Shown: in pieces, positions 10,226 to 18,452 of the stretch
How positions within the stretch are numbered: position 1 is the stretch's first letter
How the letters are laid out: every line of letters starts with the position of its first letter
Made by a program: the position numbers and the translations under genes
Notes under the pieces: model-generated
What the model was told of the DNA's origin: nothing
Seen by the model: only the letters and a program-made list of their open reading frames with translations
Databases searched by the model: none
NCBI GenBank assembly: GCA_963695825.1
Contig: CAVOHX010000009.1
Location: forward strand, 1,292-65,291
Origin: an uncultured Chloroflexia bacterium
Lineage (GTDB): Bacteria > Chloroflexota > Anaerolineae > Promineifilales > UBA4811
Length of the DNA: 64,000 nt
Direction: 5' to 3'

Positions 10226-10525
10226 ATGAAAGAAAAAGACTACAAATCAAATCTTCTTCTTCTAAAAGAAGAGGTAAAGCATTTGCATGAGCCATATTTT
10301 ATTAATGTTGACGAATGGTGTTTGTGTGGCGAGCCCCTTAATGGAGTTACAATAGGATATACAATAGAGGATCAGTGTGCTAGAAAGTTGATTCATTACA
10401 TTGGATTAAAACATGAGCTTCTTATTTTATGTCCAAATGACGTTATAGATATAGACGTAAAAGACAACAAAATACTTGGTTCCTTTTTAAGAAGCGATTA
10501 TGGTAAATTACAAATCAAACCATAA
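10226..10525 (+). CDS. Hypothetical protein (cassette ORF)
   Basis: 99-aa ORF with SD AAGGA upstream of the ATG, flanked by attC sites. No recognisable motif. Confidence 0.5.
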   Translation: MKEKDYKSNLLLLKEEVKHLHEPYFINVDEWCLCGEPLNGVTIGYTIEDQCARKLIHYIGLKHELLILCPNDVIDIDVKDNKILGSFLRSDYGKLQIKP

Positions 10526-10528
10526 AAT

Positions 10529-10657
10529 GTCTAACAAATCATTTGAGCGGGGCCGGGAAAGACCGCAGCTTTTTTGAGCAGCATATCTCGGCAAAATTTT
10601 GGGACCTTAAAATATTCCTCAGAGTGCGTTTCCCGGCCCCTCAATTCTGCGTTATGC
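10529..10657 (+). repeat. Integron attC site (long type, related to the one at 18319)
   Basis: GTCTAAC-AAATCATTTGAGCGGGGCCGGGAAAG ... GTTTCCCGGCCCCTCAATTCTGC-GTTATGC. Confidence 0.75.
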
Positions 10658-10682
10658 CCTCAATAAAAGAGGATGATCATTA

Positions 10683-10971
10683 ATGAAAAAAATCAGGAGA
10701 AATGATCCCTGTCCATGTGGAAGCGGGAAAAAGTACAAAAAATGCTGTCTTTTACAACAAACATCGGATCAATCTTTTTCGTGGGCAGATAATGATGGTA
10801 TCCATTTTGCTGGCTCCGGGTTCTCCTCCTTCTCCAGAGCAATTAAAAAAAATGACAAAAGAATATCAAAAGCAGATTCGGAATTCACCATTATGGGATG
10901 AAATGGTTCAAAAATACGGGAAAAAAGAGGCTGAAAAGCTATTGAAAGAATTCAAAGCCGAAGTCCGTTAA
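10683..10971 (+). CDS. Small SEC-C-motif protein with one apparent frameshift near 10760-10810
   Basis: [26 protein letters not shown]... lies in one frame. The C-terminal part [53 protein letters not shown] lies in the next frame (ORF 10702..10971). Confidence 0.6.
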
Positions 10972-11001
10972 TACAACTTTTGATGAATAAACAGGCACTT
11001 G

Positions 11002-11142
11002 GCATAACTAGTATCTACGGGCTGCACTGGATCGTTGGAACACAGCGGTATTTGATTTTTCCACTTCTTTCGGTGCTCAATCTTATGGCGCCATTGCCAA
11101 TGCTTATATCGTTCCACCGGCAAGTGAGCCCGAGCGTTAGCG
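11002..11142 (+). repeat. Integron attC site (long)
   Basis: GCATAAC-TAGTATCTACGGGCTGCACTGGATCGTTGGAAC ... GTTCCACCGGCAAGTGAGCCCGAGC-GTTAGCG. Confidence 0.65.
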
Positions 11143-11174
11143 ATCATTGATAGATCTTATATCGGGGAGATTTA

Positions 11175-11928
11175 ATGGAGGAACAAGAAAAATATATTCG
11201 TGCGCTTATTGAATTACATCGAGGTCTTGAGAGGCAAGGCCCTGGTGATACAGATTATTCCAACTATATAATTTCACAACTTCCAGAGCTGCCAACAAAT
11301 CCACGTATAGCAGACATCGGTTGCGGTGCTGGTGCAGGAACACTGATTCTGGCGGATAAATTTCGAGCAAAAGTCCGGGCGGTAGATTTTTCTCGAGAAT
11401 TTTTGGATGAACTTGAAGACCGAGCAAAACAGCGCGGCCTTGAACGTTTGGTAGAAATTATCGAATGTGATATGGGAGATCTTGATTGGGAGCCAGGAAG
11501 CCTTGATCTTCTATGGTCTGAAGGAGCCGCTTATAATATTACCTTTGAAGGTGCTTTGAAAGCATGGAGACCATTAATGGCATCTAATGGAATCGCTGTC
11601 ATTTCGGAAATGAACTATTTCACAAGTGACGTACCAGAACCTGTACAAATATTTATGCAAAACGCTTACCCTGCTATCAAAACCGAGTCGGAAAACTCCG
11701 ACATTATAAATTCATCAGGATTTGAAGTTTTAGGAATATACCGTTTGCCGTCAAAGGCCTGGTGGGATAATTACTATGAGCCACTTCGAAACAACATAGA
11801 ATCTTTCAAAAATTCAGATGACGAGTATCATGCAATCGGTTATTAGTGAAACAGAAGAGGAAATGAAATTCTTCGAAGAATATGAAGAATTTTACGGTTA
11901 CTCGTTTTATATCATGAAAGCCGTATAG
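11175..11928 (+). CDS. Class I SAM-dependent methyltransferase with one apparent frameshift near 11815-11830
   Basis: Motif I is IADIGCGAGAGTLILA. ORF 11175..11846 ends ...NSDDEYHAIGY*. The +1 frame continues QSVISETEEEMKFFEEYEEFYGYSFYIMKAV*, ending at 11928. Confidence 0.7.
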
Positions 11929-11936
11929 TGTATTTT

Positions 11937-11996
11937 CGCTAACAAGGCTAATTCAGCCGACGCAAAAAGCCGGGCGGCTGATTAGCAACGTTAGGG
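11937..11996 (+). repeat. Integron attC site (60 bp, aadA-like type)
   Basis: CGCTAAC-AAGGC-TAATTCAGCCGACGCAAAAAGCCGGGCGGCTGATTA-GCAAC-GTTAGGG. Confidence 0.85.
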
Positions 11997-12370
11997 AAAA
12001 AAAAATGGGATAATTGTGACTGTTCCTTTTTGTTTAGAAAACCAAACTTTCCCAAAATATGTGATATGGATGGATATGTGATCGCTGCAAAGTCTATAGT
12101 CAGGCTTTGAAAAACATCTGTTGGCATTAAAAGTTGCAGAAGGCTCCCGATATTCAATAATCGATATCACAGGGGAAGGCTGGCCATATTATTTTGAAGA
12201 TAAGGGAATATCCCGCCTTACAAGAAAAAGAAATGGTTGCAAAAAAAGGTGATTGTGATATTTCAACAATTGGAAAAAGAACACCTCCAATTTGAACAAT
12301 CGTGAAGAATCGATTTCGGCAAGCGGTATGATTAAATTTTTCAAGCTATCGTGGGCTTATAAAAACCATT

Positions 12371-12493
12371 CCCTAACATCTATATGGCCTTCGCTTGTCA
12401 AGGAAAAACTTCTCCCATTAATCGGAAAATTAAATTTATAAGGCTACCTCTTCCGCTCTTGTTTCAGATTCCTTGACAAGCAATTCGTTGGTT
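12371..12493 (+). repeat. Probable attC site closing a cassette with no intact ORF (11997-12370)
   Basis: CCCTAAC...GCTTGTCAAGGAA (13-bp perfect arm) ... TTCCTTGACAAGC-AATTC-GTTGGTT. The 5' spacing is longer than canonical. Confidence 0.45.
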
Positions 12494-12516
12494 CCGGCTG
12501 CATTTTAAAAAGTAGA

Positions 12517-13197
12517 ATGATGAGATTCCAGAGATTAGATAAAGTAAACGACCCCGAAGAGGCTAAAACCAGATCATTTCCAGCTGCAAAATTTTATACC
12601 TATGTTTCATGCTGGACTGCTGAAAAAAATAATGAGGAGTCACTGCCTCTGTGGATATTTATTCTTCGGACATGAAGGGTGTTCGTATTCGGTTGCCAAT
12701 AAATATGTTCAAAGGAAGAGTATCCCCTGATGATAAAACTACAGCTATCCGATTATTCATCCAGAATGCTCTTTCACAGTATTAAGAGATAATTATCATT
12801 ATCCTGTAATGATTATCGGTCCGATGCCCATCATTTATCAAAAAGATCCTTCAAATACAAATAAATGTTTTGAGTTGAAAGATTCAACCGTGGATGTTAG
12901 CCTTTTTCACGCTTGGGCAGTCTAAACATGAGTATTGGTTTTTCGAAAAAGAGTGGAGGTATAAAATTATTGGCATGCCTCTCGAGGGTAAATGGAATAC
13001 AAAAGATTATGATCAATTCCTGGATATCCGCAAAATGAGTTCATTGATGTCGAACTTGATGATTCTGTGATTGAAGAAATGGTAATTCAATTAGGACCAA
13101 AGGCTACTCTTTCGATAAAATCATTGTTGATCTTTTGGTAAAAGAGTATGCAAAGGGCGCTATAGTTTGCGACAGTAGCATTAAAATCAATCTGTGA
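12517..13197 (+). pseudogene. Degraded cassette gene, DUF2971-like, with at least 5 frameshifts
   Basis: Fragments in shifting frames: MMRFQRLDKVNDPEEAKTRSF..YVSCWTAEKNNEESLPLW; IYSSDMKGVRIRLPINMFKGRVSPDD; HEYWFFEKEWRYKIIGMPLEGKW; NEFIDVELDDSVIEEMVIQLGPKA; FDKIIVDLLVKEYAKGAIVCDSSIKINL*. Confidence 0.5.
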
Positions 13198-13211
13198 AAC
13201 TCTAACATATC

Positions 13212-13292
13212 GCTCAACCTGATCGGGAGAACTATGCGGTCTTACGTAAAGGTCTGTGCAGGCTTGAAGGTTGGGAGACCGGCAGGTTAGCT
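13212..13292 (+). repeat. Integron attC site (81 bp), inner part of a composite element
   Basis: GCTCAAC-CTGATCGG ... CCGGCAG-GTTAGCT. Homologous over its whole length to the site at 14044. Confidence 0.7.
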
Positions 13293-13483
13293 CAAACGAT
13301 AGGGCTGCGAGATGAGCCAATTGAGTTTGACAGGCGTCGCTCGCGCTCCGCCTATCAAACTCAATCGAGCCGATCCCCTTCGGGCTTCGCTTCGCTCGGT
13401 CGGCTAGCACGGTAAATTGCAGTAAAAAACAAATGCAATTGCCGCCCCCAGCCGACTGCGGCTCATCTCGCAGCCCGTTCGGT
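13293..13483 (+). repeat. ORF-less, highly structured attC-like element (~190 bp) ending in GTTCGGT
   Basis: A 17-bp perfect closing stem (GGGCTGCGAGATGAGCC 13302-13318 with GGCTCATCTCGCAGCCC 13460-13476) encloses several hairpins: TTGAGTTTGACAGGCG/CGCCTATCAAACTCAA, CCC-TTCG-GGG, AATTGCA/TGCAATT and AGCCG/CGGCT. Confidence 0.5.
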
Positions 13484-13493
13484 GTAAAAGATC

Positions 13494-14030
13494 ATGGAAA
13501 CAGATTTAATCAAAATAAAAAAATTTTCACAAGAAAGAGAAGACGAAAATTGGTATTTTCGTACTTTTTTAAAGGGCTATGATATCAAGAACCTTGATTC
13601 AGTTGTCCATAAGTTATTTAAGCAGGTATCAGAAGCGATCGATTGCACTGCTTGTGGTAATTGCTGCAAAGAAATACAACCCATTCTCAAGAAAAAAGAT
13701 ATAAACAAATTGTCAAAAAGCTTAAACATCACGCCGGATCAATTTGTAACTAAATACGTTGATAAAGACGAAGATGGAGACAACATATTAAATCAACTCC
13801 CATGTCCGTTTCTCAATGATAATAAATGTACCCAATATGAATCACGTCCAGTAGATTGTGCATCATATCCACATTTACACAAAAAAGATTTTGTTTTTAG
13901 GTTAATTGGCGTAGTCAATAATTATTCAATTTGCCCAATAGTCTTCAATGTGTATGAAGCTTTAAAAAACAAACTAAAATCTGAATTTATCGATTTCCAG
14001 GAAGAGTTTGGTGAATTCGAGAACTATTAG
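13494..14030 (+). CDS. YkgJ-family cysteine-cluster (CxxCxxCC) protein
   Basis: CTACGNCCKEIQP ... LPCPFLNDNKCTQYESRPVDCASYPHL. Confidence 0.7.
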   Translation: METDLIKIKKFSQEREDENWYFRTFLKGYDIKNLDSVVHKLFKQVSEAIDCTACGNCCKEIQPILKKKDINKLSKSLNITPDQFVTKYVDKDEDGDNILNQLPCPFLNDNKCTQYESRPVDCASYPHLHKKDFVFRLIGVVNNYSICPIVFNVYEALKNKLKSEFIDFQEEFGEFENY

Positions 14031-14043
14031 CACCGAACAAAGC

Positions 14044-14124
14044 GCTGAACCTGACCGGAAAAACTATGCGGTTTTTCGTAAAAGCTTGTGCAGATACGAA
14101 GGATGTGGGGGCGGCAGGTTAGCT
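14044..14124 (+). repeat. Integron attC site (81 bp), inner part of a composite element
   Basis: GCTGAAC-CTGACCGG-AAAAACTATGCGGTTTTTCGTAAAAG...GCGGCAG-GTTAGCT. It is preceded by a further CCGAAC box (14034-14039). Confidence 0.7.
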
Positions 14125-14195
14125 AAATCGATAAGCGGACCGCTCGCTAACGCTCGCTCTAGCTTCGCTCGTCCGCTTATCGGCGACCGTTCGGC
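14125..14195 (+). repeat. ORF-less hairpin element ending in GTTCGGC, a short homologue of 13293-13483
   Basis: 12-bp perfect stem CGATAAGCGGAC/GTCCGCTTATCG with a 30-nt CGCTCGCT-rich loop, then GCGACC-GTTCGGC. The final box is complementary to CCGAAC at 14034. Confidence 0.5.
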
Positions 14196-14246
14196 CCGTG
14201 AAAGACGCCTTAGCGATGCCGACTCCAAGAGAGGAGGGTAGTAGCC

Positions 14247-15233
14247 GTGAGAGTCGCTATTGTCGGAAGCTTCAAGGACCAGGTCCACGATCGATCGGGA
14301 AAGAACCGAGCACTGTTCGAAACTGCCTGTAAATCAATTGGTCAGAAGCTCGCGGAGCGCAGGGACAAGCTCATCGTTGCCCATCCGGACAATCCCGATT
14401 CGGCGGAATACTACGCACGAAAGGGCTTCCGACCAGTCGATCCACACCGCTGGCTTCAATGCCAGGTTTCTCCAGGTGATCCCCTCCTGAAAGGACATAT
14501 CGATTCGGTCGAACTGTGTGACGCCCTCGTGCTCATCGGAGGTCAAAATGGGACCATGGCGGCTGGACTCGCTGCTCTCCGCACACGGAAGCTGATGATT
14601 CCCATCGCCGCATTTGGGGGTGCAGCTGCTGATCTTCTGAGAATACACGGGCTCTATCGAAGCATGGACGACGAGCTTAGGAATCTAGATCTCGGAGCTA
14701 ATAATTGGATCCTGTCATTAACCTCCTCACTCGAGCGAGTTCTCTTTTCTTTCCCCAAGGTTCTGATCATACACGGGAGGGGCGATTCTGGAGAGGAACT
14801 CAAGGCAATGATAGATACAAGCTCTGCCAGCTCTGGTTCAGGAATTGGCGGCATTGCCTCACCTGTAATAATGAACCTTGCGGGGTTAGGCGCCGTTTCG
14901 GTGCCCGGCGTATTCGAAACGACAGCCGAGACGGCTTCGGCCGCGATAGCAGTCGTCACCGCAGACGACCTAGGCGGTTTCGCTCGCTCAGGCGATCGGA
15001 CCCTCACTGCGTTGGAGCTCCAATTGACGCCTCGAGCAAGGGAGAACGTCTGGGTCGAGGTTGGGTGGTGCTGGGCGCGATTCGGACGTGAGCGTGTGTT
15101 CATCTGGCTGAGGGATTCCGTCGATCTACCGTCGGACTTGCAGGGCGTCGCATGGACTCGCTCGCCAACCCTCGAGGGGGCATGGGAGAGCATCAGCCAG
15201 TTCTTGCATCGGCTGAGAACGGCTGCAGAGTGA
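14247..15233 (+). CDS. Two-domain protein: N-terminal SLOG/LOG-like Rossmann domain and C-terminal bacterial TIR-like domain (Cap12/PycTIR type). Candidate defence effector.
   Basis: GTG start lies 8 nt after AGAGGAGGG. N-terminal part: RVAIVGS..LIVAH..DALVLIGGQNGTMAAGLAALRTRKLMIPIAAFGGAA. C-terminal part: KVLIIHGRGD..AAIAVVTADDLGG..PRARENVWVEVGWCWARFGRERVFIWLRDSVDLPSDLQGVAW. GC is clearly higher than in neighbouring cassettes. Confidence 0.7.
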   Translation: MRVAIVGSFKDQVHDRSGKNRALFETACKSIGQKLAERRDKLIVAHPDNPDSAEYYARKGFRPVDPHRWLQCQVSPGDPLLKGHIDSVELCDALVLIGGQNGTMAAGLAALRTRKLMIPIAAFGGAAADLLRIHGLYRSMDDELRNLDLGANNWILSLTSSLERVLFSFPKVLIIHGRGDSGEELKAMIDTSSASSGSGIGGIASPVIMNLAGLGAVSVPGVFETTAETASAAIAVVTADDLGGFARSGDRTLTALELQLTPRARENVWVEVGWCWARFGRERVFIWLRDSVDLPSDLQGVAWTRSPTLEGAWESISQFLHRLRTAAE

Positions 15234-15276
15234 CCAACGGGGAGGACGGGTTGCGGCTGCAAGAATGCAGTTGAGG

Positions 15277-15336
15277 GCCGAACATGGCGCTTGCAACCGA
15301 CGCAAAGAACAGCGCGGCTGAAGCGCGACGTTCGGC
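15277..15336 (+). repeat. Integron attC site (60 bp)
   Basis: GCCGAAC-ATGGC-GCTTGCAACCGACGCAAAGAACAGCGCGGCTGAAGC-GCGAC-GTTCGGC. R''/R' are perfectly complementary. Confidence 0.85.
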
Positions 15337-15363
15337 TAAACATTAACGATAGAAGGATTAAAC

Positions 15364-16773
15364 ATGGAAAATTGTACAAGCAAAGAAGAGCTTGCAGAAA
15401 AGTTCAGTATTCTTATGCGTGCGTATAACGAAAATCCTTATCCAAGCTTGGCTCAAAGGAAAAAAGTGCTGCAGGCTCTAAAAAAATCGTTAATTGCGCA
15501 TGAGAATAATTTTTATCAAGCACTCAATGAAGATTACGGATATCGAAGTGAGTTTGACACGCTAGTTGCGGACGTTCTTCCAAGTGTAATGGGGATAAAT
15601 TATACGCTGAAACGCATCGGAAAGTGGATGAAACCTTCGAGGAGGCATGCAGGTATAATGTTAGCTCCTTCAAGAGTTGAGGTGCATTATCAGCCGGTCG
15701 GAGTGGTAGGCATTATTGTGCCATGGAACTTTCCGTTGTTTTTGGCACTGTCACCTGCAACACAAGCTCTTGCTGCAGGTAATCGGGTGATGATCAAATT
15801 GAGTGAATTTACTCCGAATACAAACAAAGTTCTGATCGAAGCGACACAGTGTATTAATGATCATTTGGTTATCACCGAAGGAGAGAGCGCAACGGGTGCG
15901 GCATTCTCAGCCTTGCCGTTTGATCATTTGGTCTTTACGGGATCGACAACGGTGGGGCGTTATGTGGCAAAGGCAGCGGCTGATAATCTAACGCCGATCA
16001 CCCTCGAATTGGGCGGGAAGTCGCCTGTTATTTTTGCTGAGGATGCGAACTGGGAAACGGCGATTGACGGGGTGATCTTAGGAAAAGCAATCAATTCCGG
16101 GCAAATTTGTGTTTCCCCCGATTATGTACTCGTTCCTCGTGGCAAAGAAGAGACCTTTGTTCGTTTATTCAAAGAGCGTTATCAAGCGTATTTTGCTAAC
16201 GCTAAAAACAAGAATATCCAGACTCATATTATTAATCAGAAACAATATGAGCGGCTGCAAGGGTTCCTAGATGACGCAAGAGAAAAAGGGGCCGAGGTTC
16301 ACGTAATTCAAGAGGGAGATTCGAGTTCTGAAAAGAGAATTCTATATCCTCATCTTCTTACCAAAGTAGGTGAAGATATGGAGGTCATGAAGCAGGAAAT
16401 TTTTGGTCCTGTAATGCCGGTGCTACCATACAATTCGATTGACGAGTGTATCGAGAGAATCAATGCACGGCCACGACCTTTAGCACTTTACGTCATGTCA
16501 ACCAACAAAGACACCGTTAACAAGATTTTGAAACATACCCATAGTGGTGGTGCATGCGTTAACGATACGATTATGCATGTCTCGGTGGAGGATGCTCCGT
16601 TCGGTGGTATCGGCAACTCTGGATTTGGACATTATCACGGCGAAGAAGGCTTTCGGAGGCTGTCAAATGCTAAAACTGTCTTAACGTCTAAGACTTGGCT
16701 ACCGAAGAATAAGTTTTTTCTTTGCTATCGAGACCTTATGTTTAATAATTTAAGGAAGTTCTTGTTGAGATAG
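15364..16773 (+). CDS. NAD(P)-dependent aldehyde dehydrogenase (coniferyl-aldehyde-dehydrogenase-like)
   Basis: 469 aa. Motifs VGIIVPWNFPL, ELGGKSPVIF, SGQICVSPDYVLV and EIFGPVMPV. Confidence 0.85.
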   Translation: MENCTSKEELAEKFSILMRAYNENPYPSLAQRKKVLQALKKSLIAHENNFYQALNEDYGYRSEFDTLVADVLPSVMGINYTLKRIGKWMKPSRRHAGIMLAPSRVEVHYQPVGVVGIIVPWNFPLFLALSPATQALAAGNRVMIKLSEFTPNTNKVLIEATQCINDHLVITEGESATGAAFSALPFDHLVFTGSTTVGRYVAKAAADNLTPITLELGGKSPVIFAEDANWETAIDGVILGKAINSGQICVSPDYVLVPRGKEETFVRLFKERYQAYFANAKNKNIQTHIINQKQYERLQGFLDDAREKGAEVHVIQEGDSSSEKRILYPHLLTKVGEDMEVMKQEIFGPVMPVLPYNSIDECIERINARPRPLALYVMSTNKDTVNKILKHTHSGGACVNDTIMHVSVEDAPFGGIGNSGFGHYHGEEGFRRLSNAKTVLTSKTWLPKNKFFLCYRDLMFNNLRKFLLR

Positions 16774-16885
16774 TTGTAATGAAAATTAACAGACGCGCCT
16801 TTATTAATATATGCTCAGGTGAACTAATGGATTTTTTTGGGAAAGTTCGTCCTTCATTTCCTATTCTGGTGAATCTCGAACCAAT

Positions 16886-16958
16886 GCTGAACAAGGCGCT
16901 GCACCCGGCCGGCAATTCCGCTGTGCTGCATAGCCGCCGGTGAGCTTGATCGTTATGA
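16886..16958 (+). repeat. Integron attC site
   Basis: GCTGAAC-AAGGCGCTGCACCCGGCCGGC ... GCCGCCGGTGAGCTTGATC-GTTATGA. Confidence 0.6.
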
Positions 16959-16975
16959 GTATTGAACGAAATAGG

Positions 16976-17149
16976 ATGAACCATTTAACCACGATCAGGA
17001 GAATATTCTTAATTGCTGGCGTGGCCTTGTTCCTTTTTTCCCTCGCCCTGATTTTCTCGGAACGCTGGACAAACGTTATTAATTTAACAAATGTAATTGC
17101 CCTAACAAAGCGCTTGCAGACGGATGCGCAAAAAGTAGCGCACCGCTGA
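16976..17149 (+). CDS. Small hypothetical membrane protein (cassette ORF)
   Basis: MNHLTTIRRIFLIAGVALFLFSLALIFSERW... with one TM helix. The 3' end runs into the attC. Confidence 0.4.
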   Translation: MNHLTTIRRIFLIAGVALFLFSLALIFSERWTNVINLTNVIALTKRLQTDAQKVAHR

Positions 17150-17164
17150 AGCGCGACGTTAGCA
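17100..17164 (+). repeat. Integron attC site (65 bp)
   Basis: CCCTAAC-AAAGC-GCTTGCAGACGGATGCGCAAAAAGTAGCGCACCGCTGAAGC-GCGAC-GTTAGCA. Confidence 0.8.
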
Positions 17165-17174
17165 GATAAAAAAT

Positions 17175-18296
17175 ATGAAAGATTTTCCGAAAAACCTCAA
17201 GTCTTGGTTTCCAGGATTTATCATACTTACTTGTTTCGTTATCTCCTCCGCTATTTATGCTTTCTCTATAAGGGGGAATCAATGGCAATTGTTTCGTGCA
17301 AAAGGGCTACAAGACAAATATGAGCATTTTAATGAAATGGTTTTCATAGATGAACATGTTGGGTTTTTAGGAGGCCGGAGTATATCCGATAATCCCGGAC
17401 AAGGAAAAAATATTACAAAAAATGCAGATGCGATTATTTATAAAACCATCGATGGGGGGGAAACATGGGGGAAAAAATCATTCCAAAAAGGAAACATTGA
17501 GAGCATCGAAGCTAAATCGAATGTTATTTACGTACTCAAACGTGTATTCACTGAAAACAGCCTAAATAATACGAAATCAAGCATTATAAAATCAAACAAT
17601 CAAGGAGAAACCTGGAAGGAAATTTATAACACAGAACTACCATTACACATTCTAAAATTATCTTTTTCTGATTCTAAAAATGGAATCGCAGTATTTCAAA
17701 ATCAGGATGATAGAAGCTCGGTAATTATCAAACAAACAATGGACGGTGGGAAAAGTTGGAATTCTGTCGCACAAAGAAATGATTTTGCTGACTACATAAA
17801 CATCCTTTTGATAGAAGGCCAACTTCACTATCTAAGCACAAAGGAAAAAAGCCATCAGAAAAGTGTTTTGACTATTATAAACCTACACACAGAACGTATC
17901 AAAAAAGAGAGTCTACCTGAAAATTTCGATGCAAGGATTATAACGAACGATAATAAGGGGAATATTTACATTTTGGGAAAAAAGGGGGAAAATTTAACCA
18001 TTTTATCGAAAAACCTTGCTGGCATCATATCGAGTATACCGGTTCCTACTTCATTTAATAATTTATCACCATATTCACTTAACATTACTGGCGATAATAT
18101 ACATTTATTTTTAGGAGAGAAGGGGACAATTATAGGTGTTTCGAAACGTTTTTTTGTAAGTACAAACCTGGGTAAAACCTGGAAAGAAGAGAAACTAAAG
18201 TCTAAGCTATATGTTAATCCTATAGCTTATCACGAAGCCAACCATATTTGGGCATATAGCGGTGGTGGTTCTATTCAAAGAAGGATTGTCCCTTAA
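17175..18296 (+). CDS. Membrane-anchored BNR/Asp-box repeat protein
   Basis: N-terminal TM helix (FPGFIILTCFVISSAIYAF). Asp-boxes TIDGGETWG, SNNQGETWK, TMDGGKSWN and STNLGKTWK. Confidence 0.7.
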   Translation: MKDFPKNLKSWFPGFIILTCFVISSAIYAFSIRGNQWQLFRAKGLQDKYEHFNEMVFIDEHVGFLGGRSISDNPGQGKNITKNADAIIYKTIDGGETWGKKSFQKGNIESIEAKSNVIYVLKRVFTENSLNNTKSSIIKSNNQGETWKEIYNTELPLHILKLSFSDSKNGIAVFQNQDDRSSVIIKQTMDGGKSWNSVAQRNDFADYINILLIEGQLHYLSTKEKSHQKSVLTIINLHTERIKKESLPENFDARIITNDNKGNIYILGKKGENLTILSKNLAGIISSIPVPTSFNNLSPYSLNITGDNIHLFLGEKGTIIGVSKRFFVSTNLGKTWKEEKLKSKLYVNPIAYHEANHIWAYSGGGSIQRRIVP

Positions 18297-18318
18297 TCAG
18301 GTAAGATGACATATTTTC

Positions 18319-18449
18319 TGCTAACCTGGCATTTGAGAGGGACCGGGAAAAGCCGTGCCGTTTTTGAAAGGTATTTTTGAACAGACCTTTTGGCTTTTTA
18401 AGCAGCTTTTTGATTCATCGTTTCCCGGACCCTCAGTTTATCGTTGGGC
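18319..18449 (+). repeat. Integron attC site (long type, related to the one at 10529)
   Basis: TGCTAAC-CTGGCATTTGAGAGGGACCGGGAAAAG ... GTTTCCCGGACCCTCAGTTTATC-GTTGGGC. Confidence 0.75.
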
Positions 18450-18452
18450 TAC

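Noticed and set aside
13293-13483. Retron msr/msd-like non-coding RNA, suggested by long flanking inverted repeats around a structured core
   Set aside because: No reverse transcriptase gene is nearby. The termini carry attC-type AAC/GTT boxes, and a short homologue (14125-14195) occupies the same position after another attC.
14654-15379. 241-aa minus-strand ORF overlapping the SLOG-TIR cassette
   Set aside because: It is antisense to a gene with clear domain motifs and a strong SD, it has low-complexity Ser/Arg/Pro composition, and it crosses the attC at 15277.
16788-16952. 54-codon ORF MKINRRAFINICSGELMDFF... with a twin-arginine-like start, located after the aldehyde dehydrogenase gene
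   Set aside because: It is too short, has no hydrophobic h-region after the RR motif, and ends inside the attC. It is probably fortuitous or a remnant.
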